Source: an uncultured Prevotella sp. (GTDB lineage: Bacteria > Bacteroidota > Bacteroidia > Bacteroidales > Bacteroidaceae). Taken from it: 64,000 nt of DNA. The notes beneath the pieces were generated by a model. That model was given only the letters and a program-made list of their open reading frames with translations. It was not told the DNA's origin and made no database searches. The stretch lies in contig CAMKUA010000008.1 of assembly GCA_946415825.1 (NCBI GenBank), positions 3,812 through 67,811 on the forward strand. Direction: 5' to 3'. The position numbers and the translations under genes were made by a program. Positions 57,780-64,000 of the stretch are shown here, piece after piece (within the stretch, counting starts at the first letter, position 1; each line of letters begins with the position of its first letter).

Positions 57780-58391
57780 ATGGACAAGTACTTGATTGTC
57801 GGATTGGGCAATGTCGGTGATGAATACGAACTGACCCGCCACAATACAGGCTTTATGGTATTGGATGCCTTTGCTAAGGCGTCCAATATTCATTTTGAAG
57901 ACCGCCGCTATGGCTTCGTGGCCGAAACGTCGCTCAAAGGCCGCAAGGTGTTCTTGCTCAAACCCTCTACGTTTATGAATCTTAGCGGCAATGCCGTGCG
58001 CTACTGGCTGAACAAGGAGAACATCGACCAGTCGCGCCTCCTGGTTATCAGCGACGATGTGGCGTTGCCTCTGGGGGCTTTCCGCCTGAAGGCAGGGGGC
58101 TCGAATGGAGGGCATAATGGTCTGGGGCATATCCAACAGCTCATCGGACAGGATTATGCCCGTTTGCGAATGGGTATCGGAAACGATTTCCCGCGTGGGA
58201 TGCAGGTGGACTGGGTGCTCGGGAAATACGACGAGGAAGATCTGAAGGCACTACAGCCCAGTATCGACCTGGGTGTGGAGATCATCAAGAGTTTTGTATT
58301 GACAGGCATCGACTTCACGATGAACCAGTATAACAAACTGGGCAGGGGGAGTCGGAAGAAAAAGAGTGAGGACGAAACTGAAACGGCATAA
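57780..58391 (+). CDS. pth: Peptidyl-tRNA hydrolase
   Basis: [28 protein letters not shown]. Confidence 0.96.
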   Translation: MDKYLIVGLGNVGDEYELTRHNTGFMVLDAFAKASNIHFEDRRYGFVAETSLKGRKVFLLKPSTFMNLSGNAVRYWLNKENIDQSRLLVISDDVALPLGAFRLKAGGSNGGHNGLGHIQQLIGQDYARLRMGIGNDFPRGMQVDWVLGKYDEEDLKALQPSIDLGVEIIKSFVLTGIDFTMNQYNKLGRGSRKKKSEDETETA

Positions 58392-58774
58392 TGGAAGAGG
58401 TTGCAAGAATCGACAAGTGGCTGTGGGCAGCGCGTATCTTCAAGACACGCTCCATCGCTGTTGATGCGTGTAAGAACGGCCGCGTCACAATCAACGGTGT
58501 CAATGTGAAACCCTCGCATATGGTGAAGGTGGGAGAGACCGTCGCTGTGAGGAAACCGCCTGTGACCTACTCGTTCAAGATACTGAAGACCATCGAGCAG
58601 AGGGTAGGGGCGAAGCTGTTGCCCGAAATCTATGAGAACGTGACGACGCCCGACCAGTATGAACTGCTGGAGATGAACCGTATCAGCGGTTTTGTGGACA
58701 GAGCCAGGGGAACCGGGCGCCCCACGAAGAAAGACCGCCGCGATATGGATGCCTTTTTTAGTGAAATAGAGTAA
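58391..58774 (+). CDS. hslR: Hsp15-like S4 RNA-binding protein
   Basis: RIDKWLWAARIFKTRS, GRPTKKDRR. Confidence 0.9.
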   Translation: MEEVARIDKWLWAARIFKTRSIAVDACKNGRVTINGVNVKPSHMVKVGETVAVRKPPVTYSFKILKTIEQRVGAKLLPEIYENVTTPDQYELLEMNRISGFVDRARGTGRPTKKDRRDMDAFFSEIE

Positions 58775-58779
58775 CGCGT

Positions 58780-59763
58780 ATGATAATCAATATTGTTTAT
58801 ATTGTTGTAGGTGTGGCCCTGGTGCTTTGGGGAGCCGACAGGCTGACGGAAGGTGCTTCTTCGTTGGCTCGTGGTATGAATGTTCCGGAGATTATAATCG
58901 GCCTGACTATCGTGGCTGCAGGCACTTCTGCGCCTGAGATGTTCGTCAGTGTTGTCTCTGCCCTGAAAGGTACATCGGATCTGGCCGTTGGTAATGTGCT
59001 GGGTTCGAATATTTTCAACACGATGCTGATTGTGGGATGCTCGGCGGTGGTGGCCCCGATGGCCGTCGCACCCTCTACGGTGAAGAAGGATATCCCCTTC
59101 GCGGTCGTCGCGTCGCTACTGCTCTTCATGCTCTGTTTCGACGATATGGACTCTCCTCACCTCTGGGGTAATGACATCAGCCGTTCGGATGGTATTATAC
59201 TCCTTGTGGGTTTCCTGCTTTTCATGATCTACACTTTCAAGAGTGCCCGGAAACAGGGTCTGATGCCTACGGAGGAGGAGATGGAGGACAATAAGGAGCT
59301 GCCCAAGGATTATTCCAAGCTGTGGCGCAACCTGTCGTTCATCGTGCTGGGGCTTGCCTGCCTCATTATCGGTAGTAACCTTTTCGTTGACGCTGCCTCA
59401 TATATCGCCCATCGCTACGGGGTGCGCCAGAGTGTCGTCGGTCTGACGATTGTGGCTGGCGGTACCTCGCTGCCGGAGCTGGCCACGAGTGTGGTGGCTG
59501 CGTATAAGGGCCGTTCGGCAATAGCCATCGGAAACGTGTTGGGTTCTAATGTCTTCAACATTTTGCTGATTCTTGGTACTACGGCCGTTATCCAGCCGTT
59601 GCGTATCATGGGTATCACCATCGTGGATCTGACGATGATGCTGGTGAGTGTGGGCATCGTGTGGCTCTTCGCTTATACCAAGTACTCCGTATCGCGCAGA
59701 GAAGGCTTCTTGCTCATTCTGGGATTCCTGGCCTATATGGCTTGGCTCTTATACCTATTGTAG
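58780..59763 (+). CDS. Calcium/sodium antiporter (YrbG-like)
   Basis: Two alpha repeats GTSAPE/GTSLPE and GNVLGSNIFN/GNVLGSNVFN. Confidence 0.92.
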   Translation: MIINIVYIVVGVALVLWGADRLTEGASSLARGMNVPEIIIGLTIVAAGTSAPEMFVSVVSALKGTSDLAVGNVLGSNIFNTMLIVGCSAVVAPMAVAPSTVKKDIPFAVVASLLLFMLCFDDMDSPHLWGNDISRSDGIILLVGFLLFMIYTFKSARKQGLMPTEEEMEDNKELPKDYSKLWRNLSFIVLGLACLIIGSNLFVDAASYIAHRYGVRQSVVGLTIVAGGTSLPELATSVVAAYKGRSAIAIGNVLGSNVFNILLILGTTAVIQPLRIMGITIVDLTMMLVSVGIVWLFAYTKYSVSRREGFLLILGFLAYMAWLLYLL

Positions 59764-59773
59764 GATAAAACAC

Positions 59774-59808
59774 AGGGGTACTTGCTAAACCCCCTTTAAC
59801 AAAACAAG
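59774..59808 (+). ncRNA. preQ1 class I riboswitch aptamer
   Basis: AGGGG-TACTTGCTAAAC-CCCCT-TTAACAAAA-CAAG: 5-bp P1, 12-nt loop, A-rich tail, CTTG/CAAG pseudoknot; directly upstream of yhhQ-queF. Confidence 0.85.
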
Positions 59809-59811
59809 AAA

Positions 59812-60507
59812 ATGGAAAATAAAACAAGCAATCAGAAGATCAGTGTGCTGTTCATGCTGTACGGCATCCTGTTTTGCGTCTGCCTGATTACGGCAAACGT
59901 ACTCGAGACCAAACAGATTTCATTTGGACCTGCGAATATGACGGCAGGTCTGATCGTGTTTCCCGTCAGTTACATCATCAACGATGTGGTGTGCGAAGTG
60001 TGGGGATACAGACGTACCCGCCTGCTCATCTGGCTGGGATTCGCTATGAATTTCATGTTCGTCATTTTTGGAGCCATTGCCGACTGGATTCCCGGCGCCC
60101 CATACTGGGACGGAGAAGAGGGCTTCCATCAGATCTTCGGGCTCGCACCCCGAATCGCCGGCGCTTCGTTCCTGGCTTTCGTCTGCGGCTCATTCATGAA
60201 TGCCTACGTGATGAGTAAGATGAAACTCAGGTCGTCGGGCAAGAACTTCTCTCGTCGTGCGGTGCTCAGTACCATCTTCGGTGAGCTGACCGACTCTATC
60301 ATCTTTTTCCCGTTGGCTCTCGGAGGGGTCATCCCCTGGGAGGAGATGCCGTCGTTGGTCATCACGCAGGTGACCCTGAAGACACTTTATGAGATACTGG
60401 TGCTGCCGGTGACGATCCGGGTGGTGAGGTTTACCAAGTTACACGACAACGAGGATGTGTTTGACCGCGATGTCGCTTACAATATATTCAAGGTGAAGGA
60501 ACTATGA
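59812..60507 (+). CDS. yhhQ: Queuosine precursor transporter (YhhQ/VUT family)
   Basis: [33 protein letters not shown]; adjacent to queF. Confidence 0.88.
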   Translation: MENKTSNQKISVLFMLYGILFCVCLITANVLETKQISFGPANMTAGLIVFPVSYIINDVVCEVWGYRRTRLLIWLGFAMNFMFVIFGAIADWIPGAPYWDGEEGFHQIFGLAPRIAGASFLAFVCGSFMNAYVMSKMKLRSSGKNFSRRAVLSTIFGELTDSIIFFPLALGGVIPWEEMPSLVITQVTLKTLYEILVLPVTIRVVRFTKLHDNEDVFDRDVAYNIFKVKEL

Positions 60508-60962
60508 GAGAGAACGATCATTTACAGGCACTCGGCAAGAAGACCGAGTACAAGATGGACTACGCTCCAGAGGTGTTGGAGACATTCGTCAACAAGCATC
60601 CCGATAACGACTACTGGGTACAGTTCAACTGTCCTGAGTTTACCTCGCTTTGTCCGATAACCGGACAGCCCGATTTCGCTGAGATCAAGATCCTCTATAT
60701 CCCGGGAGAGCGTATGGTGGAGTCGAAGAGTCTGAAACTCTATTTGTTCTCGTTCCGCAATCATGGAGACTTCCACGAGGATTGTGTGAATATCATCATG
60801 AAAGATCTTGTACGACTGATGGACCCGAAGTACATCGAGGTTGTAGGTCTTTTTACGCCTCGTGGCGGCATCTCGATCTACCCCTATGCCAACTACGGAC
60901 GTCCTGGTACAAAATACGAACAGATGGCTGAGCGTCGGCTGCTGGAACATCAGATGATATAA
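60504..60962 (+). CDS. queF: NADPH-dependent preQ0 reductase
   Basis: [32 protein letters not shown]. Confidence 0.96.
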   Translation: MRENDHLQALGKKTEYKMDYAPEVLETFVNKHPDNDYWVQFNCPEFTSLCPITGQPDFAEIKILYIPGERMVESKSLKLYLFSFRNHGDFHEDCVNIIMKDLVRLMDPKYIEVVGLFTPRGGISIYPYANYGRPGTKYEQMAERRLLEHQMI

Positions 60963-60991
60963 TGTCCCTGCAAAAAATACTAAAAAAACAG

Positions 60992-61020
60992 TCCGAATTG
61001 CATGCAGTTCGGATTTTTTT
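60992..61020 (+). terminator. Probable terminator after queF, abutting the next promoter (TATATTTG 61023-61030)
   Basis: tccgaattgcatgcagttcgga followed by T7. Confidence 0.55.
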
Positions 61021-61061
61021 GCTATATTTGCACTCATTATTTCAATTGATAACTAATATCT

Positions 61062-62843
61062 ATGGCAAAGAAGAAAATCCAATTCAGTCTCGTTTACAGA
61101 GACATGTGGCAGAGTTCAGGCAAATTCCAGCCTCGTAAGGATCAGTTGGAGCGTATTGCCCCCGCTATTATCGATATGGGCTGTTTCGCCCGAGTAGAAA
61201 CCAATGGTGGTGCCTTTGAGCAGGTAAACCTGATGGCAGGCGAGAACCCCAATCTGGCTGTACGCGCCTTCTGTAAGCCCTTCAACGAGGTAGGCATTAA
61301 AACCCACATGCTCGATCGTGGTCTGAACGCCCTTCGTATGTATCCTGTGCCCGATGATGTACGTGCACTGATGTATAAGGTGAAACATGCTCAAGGTGTG
61401 GATATTACCCGTATCTTCTGTGGACTCAACGATACCCGTAATATCATTCCGAGTATCAAGTGGGCTAAAGAGGGTGGTATGACACCGCAGGCTACACTGT
61501 GCATCACCACATCGCCCGTTCACACCGTAGAATACTACGCTGCCATCGCCGACGAGGTGATAGCTGCAGGTGCAGAGGAAATCTGTCTGAAGGATATGGC
61601 CGGTATTGGTCAGCCCGCTATGCTTGGTGCCCTCACGAAGGCCATCAAGACCAAGCACCCCGACATCATCGTGCAGTATCACGGGCACTCCGGTCCCGGA
61701 CTCTCGATGGCCTCTATCCTGGAGGTTTGTAACAATGGTGCTGATATCATCGACACCGCCATCGAGCCGCTCTCTTGGGGTAAGGTGCATCCGGATATCA
61801 TCTCCGTGCAGTCGATGCTGAAGAACGAGGGCTTCGAAGTGGCCGATCTGAACATGAACGCCTATATGCAGGCCCGTACGCTGACACAGGAGTTTATCGA
61901 CGACTGGCTCGGGTACTTCATCAATCCTGCCAACAAGCACATGTCTTCACTGCTTCTCGGTAGTGGTCTTCCTGGTGGTATGATGGGCTCTATGATGGCC
62001 GATCTCGGTCCTATCCAGAAGATGATCAACAAGGAGCGCGAGAAGAAGGGTGAATCGACACTGACGATGGACGATATGCTGGTGAAGCTGTTCAACGAGG
62101 TGGAGTATGTATGGCCAAAGGTAGGTTATCCTCCACTGGTAACGCCGTTCTCTCAGTACACTAAGAACATTGCGCTGATGAACCTCCTCACTATGGAGCA
62201 GGGCAAGGGCCGCTATGTGATGATGGACGACGCCATCTGGGGTATGATTCTCGGTAAGAGCGGTAAGGTGCCCGGCACGATCGCTCCTGAACTCATCGAA
62301 CTGGCAGAGAAGAAGGGCCTCAAGTTTACCGATGCCGATCCTCATACGTTGCTTGAGAATGCGCTCGACGGATTCCGTAAGGAGATGGACGAAAATGGTT
62401 GGGAGTATGGACCCGACGACGAAGAGCTCTTCGAGTTGGCTATGCACCCCGAGCAGTATCGCCCGTTCAAGAGTGGTCAGGCCAAGAAGCAGTTGCTGGC
62501 TGATATCCAGAAGGCAAAGGATGCCAAACTGGGTGGCGGTCAGAAGATTTCGCAGGAGGAGATCGACGCACTGAAGCACGCTAAGGCCGACGCCGTGAAG
62601 AGTCCTTTGGATGGTCAGCTCATCTGGAGTTTCGGTGGCGAGGGCGTTCCTGCTGCCTGCATTGAGCCGTTTATCGGTCAGAAGTACAAGGAGGGTGATG
62701 TGTTCTGTTACCTGCAGACCAAGTGGGGCGAGATTGTCGAGATTCCTGCTGCCTTAGGAGGCAAACTGGTGGATATCAGCGTGAAGCCTGGACAGAAGAT
62801 CCGTCAGGGCGACACGATTGCTTGGATTGAACGTGAAGTGTAA
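61062..62843 (+). CDS. Oxaloacetate decarboxylase alpha / pyruvate carboxylase B-type carboxyltransferase
   Basis: RDMWQS, LKDMAG, HGH, LPGGM, PPLVTPFSQ; C-terminal biotin/lipoyl-like fold. Confidence 0.85.
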   Translation: MAKKKIQFSLVYRDMWQSSGKFQPRKDQLERIAPAIIDMGCFARVETNGGAFEQVNLMAGENPNLAVRAFCKPFNEVGIKTHMLDRGLNALRMYPVPDDVRALMYKVKHAQGVDITRIFCGLNDTRNIIPSIKWAKEGGMTPQATLCITTSPVHTVEYYAAIADEVIAAGAEEICLKDMAGIGQPAMLGALTKAIKTKHPDIIVQYHGHSGPGLSMASILEVCNNGADIIDTAIEPLSWGKVHPDIISVQSMLKNEGFEVADLNMNAYMQARTLTQEFIDDWLGYFINPANKHMSSLLLGSGLPGGMMGSMMADLGPIQKMINKEREKKGESTLTMDDMLVKLFNEVEYVWPKVGYPPLVTPFSQYTKNIALMNLLTMEQGKGRYVMMDDAIWGMILGKSGKVPGTIAPELIELAEKKGLKFTDADPHTLLENALDGFRKEMDENGWEYGPDDEELFELAMHPEQYRPFKSGQAKKQLLADIQKAKDAKLGGGQKISQEEIDALKHAKADAVKSPLDGQLIWSFGGEGVPAACIEPFIGQKYKEGDVFCYLQTKWGEIVEIPAALGGKLVDISVKPGQKIRQGDTIAWIEREV

Positions 62844-63382
62844 TGGACTATCAGTCGATTATAGATAAGTACTATCCGTCGGAGAATGAACTCCGACGGA
62901 TATTGTTAGTACACAGTCAACAGGTGGCCGACCGTTGTCTGCTCATTGCACAAAGGCATCCTGAACTGAAACTCGACAAGGAGTTTCTGAAAGAAGCCGC
63001 TATGCTCCACGATATCGGTATTTTCCGTTGTGATGCCCCAGGTATCCAGTGCTTTGGTACAGAGCCTTATATCTGTCACGGTATTATCGGAGGACAATTG
63101 CTGCGTGAGATCGGACTTGTGCGTCATGCTCAGGTTTGTGAACGGCATACTGGCACAGGTATCTCAAGGGATCAGATTATTGCCCAGAATCTGCCCCTTC
63201 CTCTCGACGGAACCTACGAGCCTGCTACCCTCGAGGAGCAGGTCGTTTGTTACGCAGACAAGTTCTATTCCAAGACGCGTCTGGATCAGGAGCGTACCGT
63301 TGCACAGACGGCGCACAGTCTGGAGAAATTCGGAGCTGCGGGGGTTAAACGGTTTTTCCAGTGGGTTGACTTGTTTGAATAA
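62843..63382 (+). CDS. HD (HDIG) domain metal-dependent phosphohydrolase
   Basis: HS...LHDIG...HG...RH...YADK. Confidence 0.88.
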   Translation: MDYQSIIDKYYPSENELRRILLVHSQQVADRCLLIAQRHPELKLDKEFLKEAAMLHDIGIFRCDAPGIQCFGTEPYICHGIIGGQLLREIGLVRHAQVCERHTGTGISRDQIIAQNLPLPLDGTYEPATLEEQVVCYADKFYSKTRLDQERTVAQTAHSLEKFGAAGVKRFFQWVDLFE

Positions 63383-63452
63383 ATTCATTAATTCTGTGAT
63401 AATCTCTGTTAATCTGTTACGGAAATAAGATTTTATTTGTATTTTTGCACCC

Positions 63453-64000
63453 GTGAAAAGGAAATCAGCGTTGATTTTGATGCTCTTTGTCATCATCATG
63501 ATGATGGCAGAGGCTCCCTTGTCTCTCTTTAGAGGGGTGACCTCTTCGCGCGCTGATTCTCTTTCCGTTGACAGTTTTCTTACAGATGCTGCACCTCTGG
63601 ATACCATTCTCGACATCACAGAGGAGGCTACCGCCAAGTTGAAGCGCGACACCTCTACTATGGACTCCCTCGAACTGGCCATCTACAAACACAACAAGGC
63701 TGTTGATGACTCTCTCTACAAGGATAGCGTCAACCGCAGTCGTAAGACGGGTATCGATTCCCCCGTGCAGTACGTCGCCAAAGATTCCCTGACCTATAAT
63801 GCGGCTTCAGGACTGGCCCACCTCTATGGTGAGTCGAATGTGAAATACCAGAATATGGACCTCTCTGCCGATCATATCTTTATGAGTCTCGACAGCAATC
63901 TGGTTCATGCCGACTCCCGTATGGATACGACCACAAACCAGCCAATAGGCTCTCCTGTGTTCAAGATGGGCAGCGATACTTACGAGACGGGAGAGATGGC
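63453..64000 (+). CDS. lptD: Putative LPS assembly protein LptD (N-terminal part, runs off the window)
   Basis: Open frame from GTG 63453: ...GIDSPVQYVAKDSLTY...AHLYGESNVKYQNMDLSAD; -7 element at 63440-63447; exact start uncertain. Confidence 0.75.
   Translation, partial: MKRKSALILMLFVIIMMMAEAPLSLFRGVTSSRADSLSVDSFLTDAAPLDTILDITEEATAKLKRDTSTMDSLELAIYKHNKAVDDSLYKDSVNRSRKTGIDSPVQYVAKDSLTYNAASGLAHLYGESNVKYQNMDLSADHIFMSLDSNLVHADSRMDTTTNQPIGSPVFKMGSDTYETGEM

Overview
Chromosomal window of a Bacteroidota bacterium, most likely a Prevotella-type (Prevotellaceae) organism, judged from SusD/PUL genes, TAnnTTTG promoters, the absence of Shine-Dalgarno sites and a smalltalk/HU-like cassette. In order, it holds: the 3' part of a beta-glucan PUL (SusD, surface glycan-binding lipoprotein, GH16, GH5) plus a GH3; DUF5686 and a LuxR regulator; a His-less HTCS-like sensor with GH31-GH2-GH31; an RpoD-like sigma factor; a kinase/pseudokinase pair; lysS-gpsA-pgi-HAD; two ROK paralogs; the menaquinone genes, split by a three-gene AraC module; aroB; a large beta-barrel; a small accessory island (lipoprotein, symmetric DNA element, HU-like gene, smalltalk gene); nusB-yajC-ybbR-coaE; rplY-pth-hslR-antiporter-yhhQ-queF; a biotin carboxyltransferase; an HD protein; and the start of lptD. 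I found no rRNA, tRNA, CRISPR array, transposase or integrase. The most notable signals are: (1) a preQ1-I riboswitch-like aptamer ending 3 nt before an SD-less yhhQ start; (2) a centre-symmetric 142-bp element (iteron-like arms around a 24-bp AT palindrome) next to the HU/smalltalk cassette; (3) a duplicated 26-bp operator in the AraC module; (4) repeat DNA inserted in frame inside glycoside hydrolase genes; and (5) two degenerate His-less kinases. All product calls rest on motif recognition by eye; no database searches were run.
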